DNA of 32,000 nucleotides from an uncultured Clostridia bacterium (GCA_946630785.1 CAMOZC010000003.1:78-32077); one strand, 5' to 3'. Shown: positions 1 to 8,045, counted from the stretch's first letter. Numbers and translations: made by a program. The notes: generated by a model not told the origin, from the letters alone.

Positions 1-540
1 GAACAAGTTCCAGTTATGACCGTTGTAATTGGCGATACGTCAACTGATTTGGCGATTATTTTGGGTGAAAAAATTTTGTATAGTGGAATTCTTGATGTTG
101 GGGTTAATTCTTGCGTTGAAGCTATTATTGATTTAGTGGCACAAAAATTTCATGCTGAAATCAGTTATGAAACTGCGCAAGGCATTTTCCGTGATGTTGC
201 TTCGTTGTTGAAAAATGATACGCGCTACGTAAAATTTCCTGAGTTTATTTTAAAGGCTGAACAAGTCCGTGAAGTGATTTATCCACTCTATGCACAAATT
301 ATTGGTGCCATTAATCATTTGTTACCACAGGCCAGTGCAGACGTGATGCGTCAAATTCTCAGTACAGGTGTTTTATTTGGTGGTGCTGGCGCAAAGATTC
401 GCGGTTTGTCTGAAGCAGTTTATTGGAGTCTGCAATTACAAACAATGATTGCTAACGATGAAGAAAATGCCACGTTGCTTGGTGCTGGAGCGTTGCTGGA
501 AAATCCACAGTTGTTTCTAAACCTTACGCAAAACGCATAG
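1..540 (+). CDS. mreB: MreB/Mbl-like actin-family protein, C-terminal ~180 aa (ORF open to the left window edge)
   Basis: The frame is open from base 1 (EQVPVM...). The tail GVLFGGAGAKIRGL...NATLLGAGALL aligns with MreB LTGGGALLxGL...DPLxxVAxGTG. The phosphate-2 motif DxGGGTT is degenerate here (VVIGDTSTD). Confidence 0.6.
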   Translation, partial: EQVPVMTVVIGDTSTDLAIILGEKILYSGILDVGVNSCVEAIIDLVAQKFHAEISYETAQGIFRDVASLLKNDTRYVKFPEFILKAEQVREVIYPLYAQIIGAINHLLPQASADVMRQILSTGVLFGGAGAKIRGLSEAVYWSLQLQTMIANDEENATLLGAGALLENPQLFLNLTQNA

Positions 541-548
541 ATTTAGTT

Positions 549-1325
549 GTGCGTGTAATAATTCATCCGCTGTTTGTTTTGACAGCCGTGGTGGCGATTG
601 TATTCGCTACTACGGATTTTTTTATTGCTTTAACGGTTGCTGTCATTCTGCACGAATTTGCGCACGCTTTGGTCGCTAAGAGTCTTGGCGCTATCGCTAA
701 GCGAATTACGTTAACCCCGTTCGGTGGGGCGCTTAATTTGCAAACTAAGATTTTAACCGCACAACAAAAATGTTGGATTTATTTAGCAGGTCCAATCGCA
801 AGTCTATTGTTTAGTTTATTGTTTGGCGTCATGGTTTGGCTTTTCCCAGTTGTTTTTGTCTATCTTGAATATTTGGTGGTAGCCAATTTTCTTGTTGGTG
901 TGATTAATTTATTGCCGGTATATCCCTTGGACGGTGGCAAGGTTTTGGCGCAGTTGATTCCAGTGAAAATAATTTATCGGGCTTCTAATTTATGTTTTGT
1001 TGCAATGTTAGTTTTATCTTTGATTTGGTTTAATTGGTGGTGGATTTTCTTTTCGATTGTGATGTTGATGCAAATCAATTGGGATTTCAAACAATCAACC
1101 TATGCCGACAAGTTCTGTTATTGCGGTAAACAAAAGACTGGAAAATTCGTACGTTGCGCAGTCCTATCGACTTCTTCATTGTTGAGCATTTATAAAATGA
1201 TTGATAAGAAGCATCCCACCGAATTTGTGATAACAGATAAAAATAATCGCTTGTTTTATGAAAGTGATTTAGAAAAATGGTTGTTAAAATATTCAACAAC
1301 CACACAACTTATAGAATGTTTTTAA
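549..1325 (+). CDS. M50-family site-2 metalloprotease (SpoIVFB-like)
   Basis: HEFAH (HExxH) lies in a hydrophobic helix, and NLLPVYPLDGG matches the NxxPxxxLDG second metal-ligand motif. There are several TM helices. GTG start 8 nt after the mreB-like stop. The position next to mreB resembles the B. subtilis mre-min-spoIVF cluster. Confidence 0.75.
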   Translation: MRVIIHPLFVLTAVVAIVFATTDFFIALTVAVILHEFAHALVAKSLGAIAKRITLTPFGGALNLQTKILTAQQKCWIYLAGPIASLLFSLLFGVMVWLFPVVFVYLEYLVVANFLVGVINLLPVYPLDGGKVLAQLIPVKIIYRASNLCFVAMLVLSLIWFNWWWIFFSIVMLMQINWDFKQSTYADKFCYCGKQKTGKFVRCAVLSTSSLLSIYKMIDKKHPTEFVITDKNNRLFYESDLEKWLLKYSTTTQLIECF

Positions 1326-1331
1326 ATCAAT

Positions 1332-1407
1332 TGGTGGCGATGGCTGGAATCGAACCAGCGATACCCGGGGTATGAACTCGGTGCATTAGCCGCTGTGCTA
1401 CATCGCC
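1332..1407 (-). tRNA. tRNA with CAU anticodon (elongator Met, or Ile2 if lysidine-modified), CCA encoded
   Basis: The reverse complement GGCGATGTAGCACAGCGGCTAATGCACCGAGTTCATACCCCGGGTATCGCTGGTTCGATTCCAGCCATCGCCACCA folds as a 76-nt cloverleaf. It has a 7-bp acceptor stem, a GTTCGATTC T-loop and the anticodon loop TTCATAC. The G1-C72 pair argues against an initiator tRNA. Confidence 0.9.
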
Positions 1408-1415
1408 GTATAGAT

Positions 1416-1444
1416 ACTATAACAAACTTCTGAGAATAACGCAA
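1416..1444 (-). promoter_or_regulatory. Promoter of the tRNA-CAU gene: TTGCGT-N17-(TGt)TATAGT
   Basis: The minus strand reads TTGCGT (1444-1439), a 17-nt spacer ending in TGT, then TATAGT (1421-1416). The mature tRNA 5' G lies only 8 nt after the -10. Confidence 0.6.
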
Positions 1445-1455
1445 GATATTTATGG

Positions 1456-1484
1456 TTGCTTTTTTTGCATGGATGTTGTATGCT
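1456..1484 (+). promoter_or_regulatory. Candidate rpsF operon promoter TTGCTT-N17-TATGCT
   Basis: The hexamers are at 1456-1461 and 1479-1484. The predicted TSS near 1491 falls just before the structured leader. This match is weaker than the other promoters in the window. Confidence 0.35.
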
Positions 1485-1494
1485 TGCAATGTAT

Positions 1495-1543
1495 CTTTTT
1501 CCTGCAGTCATAAATGCTGCAGGCGTTAGACCATAAAAGGAGG
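1495..1543 (+). promoter_or_regulatory. Structured rpsF 5' leader sequestering the SD (candidate S6:S18-binding leader)
   Basis: Inner 7-bp stem CCTGCAG/CTGCAGG (1501-1507 / 1517-1523). Outer 6-bp helix CTTTTT/AAAAGG (1495-1500 / 1535-1540) pairs with the 5' half of the SD AAGGAGG. There is an 11-nt asymmetric 3' internal loop, CGTTAGACCAT. Confidence 0.4.
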
Positions 1544-1550
1544 TAAAAAC

Positions 1551-1928
1551 ATGGAAAACAAGAAATCGTACGAATGTATGATTGTTGTGGACGCTAAATT
1601 AACCGAAGCAAAACGCGAAGAGTTAATTGCTAAGTTTAAAAAAATGGCAGGTGAACAAACAACCGTAGAAAAGTTAGGCCAAAAGAAATATGGTTTTTAT
1701 TACTTGTTGAATTTCAGCGCTACTCCAGATGTTCCAGCTAAAATGACCGCTTTGATGAACATTACCGAAGGTATTGATCGTCATTTGTTCATTGCTAAGA
1801 CAGATGTTATGTTGGCGCAAGATGTGATCCGCAAACAAAATCGTGCTAAAGCACGCGAAGAATACTTGGCTAAGAAAGAAAAAGAAATGCGTGAAAAAGA
1901 ATCCAAAGAAGTAAAAGAAGGAGAATAA
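1551..1928 (+). CDS. rpsF: 30S ribosomal protein S6 (atypical: short central hairpin, K/E-rich tail)
   Basis: Strong SD AAAGGAGG. YECMIVV...FYYLLNF...IDRHLFI matches the S6 core. It is the first gene of the conserved rpsF-ssb-rpsR order. Confidence 0.85.
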   Translation: MENKKSYECMIVVDAKLTEAKREELIAKFKKMAGEQTTVEKLGQKKYGFYYLLNFSATPDVPAKMTALMNITEGIDRHLFIAKTDVMLAQDVIRKQNRAKAREEYLAKKEKEMREKESKEVKEGE

Positions 1929-1934
1929 TTTACT

Positions 1935-2327
1935 ATGAATAAAGTATTTTTAGTAGGAAATTTAACTCGTGATCCAGAATTATCAACTGTTGGTGCGAAC
2001 AGTACCAGCGTATGTCGTTTCGGAATTGCTGTTAACCGTCGTATGAGTGGTGGAAATCAAGAAACTGATTTTTACAACATTTCAGTATGGCGTGCTTTGG
2101 GTGAAAATTGTGCCAAGTTCATTAAGAAAGGTAGCAAGGTCGCAATTTGTGGTGATATCCAAATCCGTAATTACGAAGACAAAGAAGGTAACAAACGTAC
2201 TTCAGTTGAAGTTACTGCTACTGACGTTGAATTCTTAGACCGTAAGGGTGATAACCCAAGTAGTTCATACGATCAAACTAATAACGTTGAAGTTAAACCT
2301 GTTAGTGATGATTCGTTGCCATTTTAA
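1935..2327 (+). CDS. ssb: Single-stranded DNA-binding protein
   Basis: N-terminal OB fold [16 protein letters not shown]. Acidic C-terminal tip DDSLPF. Located between rpsF and rpsR. Confidence 0.95.
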   Translation: MNKVFLVGNLTRDPELSTVGANSTSVCRFGIAVNRRMSGGNQETDFYNISVWRALGENCAKFIKKGSKVAICGDIQIRNYEDKEGNKRTSVEVTATDVEFLDRKGDNPSSSYDQTNNVEVKPVSDDSLPF

Positions 2328-2341
2328 TTAAAGGAGGAAAT

Positions 2342-2662
2342 ATGGGAGAAAATTTATCGACACGTGAAGTTATTGAAGAATTAAGTCGTCAAGAAAATAA
2401 AGCTAAGAGAAATGCAGCTGAAAATTCTGAAGACCGTAAAGAAAAACGTGCACCACGTCAAAGACGTCGTGTTTGCCCATTCTGTATGGAAAAAGACGAA
2501 GCAAAACGTCCGTTGTATATTGATTACAAGGATCCACGCTTGAAGAAATATGTTTCTGAAGGCGGAAAGATTTTCCCACGCCGCCAAACTGGTTTGTGTG
2601 CCGCTCATCAACGTGAATTGGCACGTGCCGTTAAGGTTGCGAAAAGCATGGGCTTGTTGTAA
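2342..2662 (+). CDS. rpsR: 30S ribosomal protein S18 with ~35-aa basic/acidic N-terminal extension
   Basis: SD AAAGGAGG. The core [47 protein letters not shown] is typical S18. Confidence 0.95.
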   Translation: MGENLSTREVIEELSRQENKAKRNAAENSEDRKEKRAPRQRRRVCPFCMEKDEAKRPLYIDYKDPRLKKYVSEGGKIFPRRQTGLCAAHQRELARAVKVAKSMGLL

Positions 2663-2689
2663 TTAACTTTACAATTAAATAACAGTCTT

Positions 2690-2729
2690 AAAAAATAACG
2701 CATATATAAATTCGTGCGTTATTTTTTTG
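2690..2729 (+). terminator. Rho-independent terminator of the rpsF-ssb-rpsR operon
   Basis: Perfect 13-bp inverted repeat AAAAAATAACGCA (2690-2702) / TGCGTTATTTTTT (2715-2727) with a 12-nt loop, ending in a T7 run. Confidence 0.7.
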
Positions 2730-4051
2730 TTGGTATTGGCGGAGTTTCTATGTCGGCTTTAGCTAAATTGTTGTTGGCACAAGGCAAAGCTGTGGCTGGT
2801 AGTGACATCGTTGAATCCGTGAATACGCAAGAATTATCTTCGCTTGGAGTTCCAGTATATATCGGACATTCGGCGGACAATCTGCAAAAACAACATGTTG
2901 ATTATTTGGTTATTAATGGTGCGATTGCGGATGATAATCCAGAACTTTTATCTGCAAAAAAACAGGGCATCAGAGTTATTTATCGTGAAACTTTGTTGGC
3001 GCAAATTACGTGTCGTTACCAGTCAGTGATTGCGGTTGCGGGATGTCACGGTAAAAGTTCAACCACGGCTATGATTGGTGCTATATTTAAACAGGGTAAA
3101 CGCCAACCAACTGTTCACGTTGGTGCACAAAATAATTTACAGATTGGTGGGCGAGAATGGTTTATTACCGAGGCATGTGAATTTAGAAAAAGTTTTTTAA
3201 AACTTAAACCGCACATTGCAGTGATTACCAATGTTGATGCTGATCATTTGGATTGTTATAAGAATCTAGACGAAATCAAACACTGCTTTGAAAAGTTTGC
3301 CAGTCAAAGTGAGATTGTAATTAAAAATGCCAGTGATGTAAATAGCACGACTTTGCGTGGTAGACAACGTACGGTAACGTTTGGGCTTGACTGTGGTGAT
3401 GTTCATGCAAAAAATTTACAGTCATTATGCAGTGGTGGTTATAGTTTTGAAATCGTAATTAATCCCAAGATTTTTGGTATTATTTATCAATTACCGCGTT
3501 TCTATCTTCATGTGCCAGGATTACATAACGTTGTAAACGCTTTGGCTGCCATTACATGCGCTTTAGTGTGTCAAATTGAGTTAGTTGCAACCGGAATAGC
3601 GCTTGCCCAGTATAACGGTATTGCACGCCGATTCCAGCGTTTTGCAACGATTGGTAACACACCTGTGATTTTGGATTATGCCCATCACCCACGTGAGATT
3701 TTGACAACGATTCAGACAGCTGAAAAAATGTATCGGAAGTACTTATTGATTTTTCAGCCACATACTTATACGCGGACAATGTCGCTGTGGAATGATTTTA
3801 TTAAAGTGCTTGCAACAGTACCACATTTGGTGATTTATAAAACGTTTGCTGCACGTGGTAAAACAATTATTGGTGGACGTGGATTGGATTTGAGTAAGCG
3901 ATTGAAGGTTAAATATCTAGCGACCGTTCAGTCTTTATCGCAATACCTAAAAGATAAGGCAGGACAGTATGATGCCATCGTCTTATGCGGAGCTGGTGAT
4001 GTAGTTAGTGGCGAATTTTTGCGAAGAAGTACTTTTGCGACAATTGATTGA
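2714..4051 (+). CDS. murC: UDP-N-acetylmuramate--L-alanine ligase
   Basis: N-terminal [13 protein letters not shown] Rossmann motif. Mur-ligase P-loop [17 protein letters not shown] motif. GTG is the only in-frame start after the upstream stop. Confidence 0.9.
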   Translation: MRYFFVGIGGVSMSALAKLLLAQGKAVAGSDIVESVNTQELSSLGVPVYIGHSADNLQKQHVDYLVINGAIADDNPELLSAKKQGIRVIYRETLLAQITCRYQSVIAVAGCHGKSSTTAMIGAIFKQGKRQPTVHVGAQNNLQIGGREWFITEACEFRKSFLKLKPHIAVITNVDADHLDCYKNLDEIKHCFEKFASQSEIVIKNASDVNSTTLRGRQRTVTFGLDCGDVHAKNLQSLCSGGYSFEIVINPKIFGIIYQLPRFYLHVPGLHNVVNALAAITCALVCQIELVATGIALAQYNGIARRFQRFATIGNTPVILDYAHHPREILTTIQTAEKMYRKYLLIFQPHTYTRTMSLWNDFIKVLATVPHLVIYKTFAARGKTIIGGRGLDLSKRLKVKYLATVQSLSQYLKDKAGQYDAIVLCGAGDVVSGEFLRRSTFATID

Positions 4052-4076
4052 CAAGTTTTATTAGTCATGATATTAT
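4048..4076 (+). promoter_or_regulatory. Extended -10 promoter for rpmE: TTGACA-N17(TGa)-TATTAT
   Basis: TTGACA at 4048-4053 overlaps the murC TGA stop. TG at 4068-4069, TATTAT at 4071-4076. The rpmE ATG lies exactly 7 nt after the -10. Confidence 0.7.
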
Positions 4077-4083
4077 AAACGTT

Positions 4084-4293
4084 ATGAAAGAAAATATCCA
4101 TCCAAATTATCATGAAGCAGAATTCGAATGTGCTTGCGGTAACAAATTTACTTGCGGTACTACTAAAGAAGGTGACGTTGTAAAAATTGATATTTGTTCA
4201 AAATGTCACCCATTTTATACTGGTAAACAAAAGATTGTTGATACCGCTGGTCGTGTCGATAAATTTAATAAACGTTACGCTAAAACAAAATGA
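4084..4293 (+). CDS. rpmE: 50S ribosomal protein L31 (Cys-containing type A)
   Basis: MKENIHPNY is the canonical L31 N-terminus. CxC...CxxC zinc motif, then HPFYTGKQK. The ORF-track TTG start at 4048 adds a non-homologous extension. Confidence 0.95.
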   Translation: MKENIHPNYHEAEFECACGNKFTCGTTKEGDVVKIDICSKCHPFYTGKQKIVDTAGRVDKFNKRYAKTK

Positions 4294-5132
4294 AATTAGC
4301 AGAATTAATTGCGCAAACTGGAGAGCATGAAGCAGTCATCCAGGTTTTGTGTCATCTGTTAGAAGCTGAACGGACTAATGTTTTTTTAGTAAAAGATTTT
4401 AGCGATTCTGTTGTTAAGAAAACGATTGAAATTATTAATGAATATAAAAAAGGTATTCCTTTAGCGTATTTGCTGGGGAATACTTATTTTTATAATCGCA
4501 AGTTTATTGTTACACCAGATGTGTTGGTACCACGTCATGATACAGAAGTTCTGGTTGAATTAGCCGAAAAAAAAATTATTGCTGATTCATTAATAGGTAA
4601 TGAAAATTCACCATATCGCATTTTAGATTTGTGTTGCGGTTCTGGCGTTATTGGGATTTCTTTAACTTATTTATGTAACTGGTTACATGAACGTCACCAT
4701 GATTTAACTTATGAAGTGGTTAGTGCTGATTGTAGTGCAGCAGCTTTGGAAGTGGCAACGAAAAATGCTGCGTTGCATAATGCTGATATTACTTTTGTTT
4801 TAAGCAATTTATTTGAAGATGTTCATGGTAAGTTTGATTTGATTGTTTGTAATCCGCCATATGTTCGTACGGAAGATATTGGCGTAGAGGATAAATGGGT
4901 TTTAAAAGAACCGCGCATTGCCTTAGATGGGGGTATTGATGGTTTGTATTTTTACCGGCGCATTTTAGCAACAGCCAAAGAGCATTTGCGTACTAATGGT
5001 ATGATTATTTTTGAAATTGGTTATGACCAGGCAAGTGCACTGGAACAAATTGCACAGAAAAATGGTTACCATGGTGTTAGGGTTTATAAAGATTTGGCAA
5101 ATCGCGACAGAGTCGTTACAATAAGGGTATAA
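4290..5132 (+). CDS. prmC: Release-factor glutamine N5-methyltransferase
   Basis: NPPY catalytic motif (VCNPPYV). SAM-binding [14 protein letters not shown] overlap with the rpmE stop. Adjacent to prfA. Confidence 0.9.
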   Translation: MKLAELIAQTGEHEAVIQVLCHLLEAERTNVFLVKDFSDSVVKKTIEIINEYKKGIPLAYLLGNTYFYNRKFIVTPDVLVPRHDTEVLVELAEKKIIADSLIGNENSPYRILDLCCGSGVIGISLTYLCNWLHERHHDLTYEVVSADCSAAALEVATKNAALHNADITFVLSNLFEDVHGKFDLIVCNPPYVRTEDIGVEDKWVLKEPRIALDGGIDGLYFYRRILATAKEHLRTNGMIIFEIGYDQASALEQIAQKNGYHGVRVYKDLANRDRVVTIRV

Positions 5133-6175
5133 TGTTTGAAGAAGTAAGTAGTTTGGAAAATAAATATGTGCAACTGTTAGAGCAATTAACTTTACCAGAA
5201 GTCTTTAATGACTTTGCGCGTTATTCACAAATTTCCAAAGAAGCCGCTAAGTTAGCTCCTACTGTGGAAGCTTATCGTAAATACCAAAAATTAGTGAATG
5301 ATATTGCTTTAGCGCAAGAAATTACCGACCCTGAATTAGCGGAACTAGCAAAAGCAGAAATTGCTGAGAATCAGGTTTTATTGGAACAAACTGAACAGGA
5401 ATTAAGAGTTTTGTTGACACCGAAGGATGAGCGTGATGACGCCAACGTTATTATTGAAATTCGTCCTGCAGCTGGCGGTGATGAGGCTTGCTTGTTTGCA
5501 GCGGTATTATTGCGGATGTACACGCTTTATGCGACTGCTAATAACTTTGCTGTAGAAATCACTGATATTGAAGAGAATGGAATTGGTGGCGTTAAAAACG
5601 TAACCTTTATGGTTAAAGGTGAAGGTGCTTATTCAAAGTTTAAATATGAAAGTGGTGTGCATCGTGTACAACGTGTACCAGAAACTGAATCTCAAGGGCG
5701 CATTCATACGTCTACCGCAACAGTAGCAGTTTTGCCTGAAGCCACAACCGTTGATTTTCAAATTGATGAAAAAGATTTACGTATTGATGTGTACCGTGCT
5801 TCTGGTGCTGGTGGACAACATATTAACAAAACTGAAAGTGCGATTCGGATTACACACTTGCCGACCAATATGGTGGTAACTTGTCAAGATGGTCGCAGTC
5901 AACTTGCAAATCGCGAAAAGGCTATGACGGTTTTGGTGTCTAAATTGGCGCATTATTATCAAAGTTTGGAAGATGAGAAATATGCTTCAACGCGTCATGC
6001 TCAAGTTGGTACAGGTGACCGTAGTGAACGCATCCGTACTTATAACTATCCACAGGGTCGTGTTACCGACCATCGTATTAATCGCACAGAATATAATCTC
6101 ACCAAGTTTGTTGATGGTGAGATTACAGATATGGTTGATGCTTTACGCATGGCGGAATTAAAACAACAGAGTTAA
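5132..6175 (+). CDS. prfA: Peptide chain release factor 1
   Basis: GGQ motif (SGAGGQHINKTESA). RF1-type PxT tripeptide (PET) within RVQRVPETESQGRIHTST. TAATG overlap with the prmC stop. Confidence 0.97.
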   Translation: MFEEVSSLENKYVQLLEQLTLPEVFNDFARYSQISKEAAKLAPTVEAYRKYQKLVNDIALAQEITDPELAELAKAEIAENQVLLEQTEQELRVLLTPKDERDDANVIIEIRPAAGGDEACLFAAVLLRMYTLYATANNFAVEITDIEENGIGGVKNVTFMVKGEGAYSKFKYESGVHRVQRVPETESQGRIHTSTATVAVLPEATTVDFQIDEKDLRIDVYRASGAGGQHINKTESAIRITHLPTNMVVTCQDGRSQLANREKAMTVLVSKLAHYYQSLEDEKYASTRHAQVGTGDRSERIRTYNYPQGRVTDHRINRTEYNLTKFVDGEITDMVDALRMAELKQQS

Positions 6176-6648
6176 ATTTTCTTGGCAATTTCTTCTTCAA
6201 AGTTTTTGATAAAGTCAACAAAGGTTGAAACATCTTTAAATTGACGATAAACAGCAGCAAAGCGGATGTAGGCAACTTCGTCAATCTTTTTTAATTCTTC
6301 CATGACCATGTCACCGATGACGCTGCTGGCAATTTCTTGTTGGTCACCAATAACAGCATTAGCAATTTGCATTTCAATACTTTCGACAATGTTATCAATT
6401 TGCTTCATTGAAACCGGACGTTTGCCAGTAGCAGCAATAATACTGTTTTTGATTTTTTGTGAATCAAATGATTGACGGCTGCCGTCGCGTTTAATGACTA
6501 ACAGTGAAACACGTTCAATGGTTTCGTAACTGGTAAAACGTTTACCACATTTTAAACATTCGCGACGACGGCGAATTGAATTTGAATTATCATTGGTACG
6601 GCTGTCGACAACCTTATTATCGTGTGAACCGCAATTTGGACATCTCAT
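6172..6648 (-). CDS. nrdR: Transcriptional repressor NrdR
   Basis: N-terminal zinc ribbon MRCPNCGS...CLKCGKRFTSYE followed by an ATP-cone. SD AAAGGAG. Confidence 0.95.
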   Translation of the reverse strand: MRCPNCGSHDNKVVDSRTNDNSNSIRRRRECLKCGKRFTSYETIERVSLLVIKRDGSRQSFDSQKIKNSIIAATGKRPVSMKQIDNIVESIEMQIANAVIGDQQEIASSVIGDMVMEELKKIDEVAYIRFAAVYRQFKDVSTFVDFIKNFEEEIAKKI

Positions 6649-6689
6649 GATTTTATGCTCCTTTGTTCTTTAAGATTTCTAATTATAGT

Positions 6690-7319
6690 TTAACATTTAC
6701 TGTCTTCATATGACAAGCAACATTTTAAACGTCCACAAATACCGTTAATTTTTTCCGGTGTTAGCGATAAGTTTTGTTGTTTTGCCATTTTGATGGAAAC
6801 ATCAGGGTAGTTATGACAAAATCTTTTGCAACAGCATTCTTGTCCACAAGGTCCCAATGCACCAATGGCCTTAACTTCGTCACGGGCACCAATTTGGTGT
6901 AATTCAATGCGTGTGTGCAGGGCACTGGCTAAATTACGAACTAACTCGCGGAAATCAACGCGTTGTTCAGCAGAGAAGTCAATAACGACTTTGCTGGCAT
7001 CAAAAGTGTAGTGTGCTGACATAACGTGCATATCTAGTTTTAATTGTTCGGCCATCGTGGTGGCTTTTTCTTTGGCAAATTCAGCTGACTTTAATAGCAG
7101 GTTAATTTGGCTTTGGTCTTTTGGTGTCGCACGACGGAAAATTTGTGCGTGATTGGGTTCATGCTTTTTCTTGTCCACACCCTCATCCGCGACCACGCCC
7201 CATTCAGAGCCGGTAGCTGTTTCCACAATGACATATTCATTCGGTTTTAAATCCGTAATGTCACTATCAAATTTAGTAGTTTGCGTTTCGTTAAAAACTC
7301 GGACATGATATGTTTTCAT
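6690..7319 (-). CDS. ricT: PSP1-domain protein YaaT/RicT
   Basis: PSP1-like core and a Cys-rich C-terminus (GPCGQECCCKRF...GICGRLKCCLSYE) characteristic of YaaT-family proteins. Confidence 0.85.
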   Translation of the reverse strand: MKTYHVRVFNETQTTKFDSDITDLKPNEYVIVETATGSEWGVVADEGVDKKKHEPNHAQIFRRATPKDQSQINLLLKSAEFAKEKATTMAEQLKLDMHVMSAHYTFDASKVVIDFSAEQRVDFRELVRNLASALHTRIELHQIGARDEVKAIGALGPCGQECCCKRFCHNYPDVSIKMAKQQNLSLTPEKINGICGRLKCCLSYEDSKC

Positions 7320-7327
7320 ATAAATAA

Positions 7328-7356
7328 ATTATAACACTGCGTTGTATTCTATGCAA
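7328..7356 (-). promoter_or_regulatory. Internal extended -10 promoter ahead of yaaT: TTGCAT-N17(TGt)-TATAAT
   Basis: Minus strand: TTGCAT (7356-7351), TGT (7336-7334), TATAAT (7333-7328). The yaaT ATG at 7319 is 8 nt after the -10, with no SD. The element lies in the 3' end of the upstream ORF. Confidence 0.55.
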
Positions 7357-8000
7357 ATGCAGTTTGGAAAAAAAATTTCAATCTGTTCAATAATGTCATG
7401 AGATAAATTGGTATCGGCATGTATAAAAATTTGTTTAGGTGCCACATCGATTAAGGCGTTGATAATATTGTCTTCGCATTGTTTTAGCGGTTGTAATTTT
7501 TGGTCACAAATTGTTGTATGATTATTGATATTCATTACATGAACTTCAGCAATGCGATAGTCCATGTTTAAGATTAAAAAACGTAATAATTCGTTAAATA
7601 AAACTTTTTGGGTTAGTTGTAGGTGATTTTCATTAACTAACTGAATCACTTCATCCCAACGGCATTTTAAGCGATATAGTGCGAAATCATATAAAGAATC
7701 CAATAGAATTCGTGGCGTTAATTGAAATATTGAATTGGCAATAACCGTATCAGATTTCTTGTCATAATTCACTAAAACTTTAATGAGAGTGTCGTTTTTG
7801 ATATAGAGCCTGTCCCATAAATATTTTGCTTTCATCACTGTTACAATTTGATTGGTGATGCAATCCAATAATTGGTATTGGTTAATGTTCTGTTTTAAGT
7901 TTAAAACGTAACGGTGATGGTTACATTTAATTTGTCCGTTGAATTTTTGTGCTAGATGTTTAAGACTAGAGATAAAGCGTTCATCAGTAGAAATTTCCAT
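7329..8000 (-). CDS. Hypothetical 223-aa protein, no motif recognised (YtxC-like is only a positional guess)
   Basis: Long uninterrupted ORF filling the gap between yaaT and thrS. No TM segments and no catalytic motifs that I recognise. Confidence 0.6.
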   Translation of the reverse strand: MEISTDERFISSLKHLAQKFNGQIKCNHHRYVLNLKQNINQYQLLDCITNQIVTVMKAKYLWDRLYIKNDTLIKVLVNYDKKSDTVIANSIFQLTPRILLDSLYDFALYRLKCRWDEVIQLVNENHLQLTQKVLFNELLRFLILNMDYRIAEVHVMNINNHTTICDQKLQPLKQCEDNIINALIDVAPKQIFIHADTNLSHDIIEQIEIFFPNCICIEYNAVL

Positions 8001-8045
8001 ATTTTTAGTTTATGTCATTGGTGCAAATTTAATTATTTTTGCTAT

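Noticed and set aside
4567-4575. Phase-variation tracts: an A9 run in prmC, and an (AGT)4 microsatellite in the lipoprotein gene (26363-26374)
   Set aside because: The A9 run is within the range expected by chance in an AT-rich genome and lies in an essential-pathway gene. (AGT)4 is in-frame (SSSS) and too short for efficient slippage.
6649-6689. A separate nrdR promoter (TATAAT right after the yaaT stop)
   Set aside because: A TATAAT hexamer is present on the minus strand, but I found no acceptable -35 or TG extension at proper spacing. This could be a chance match in AT-rich DNA.
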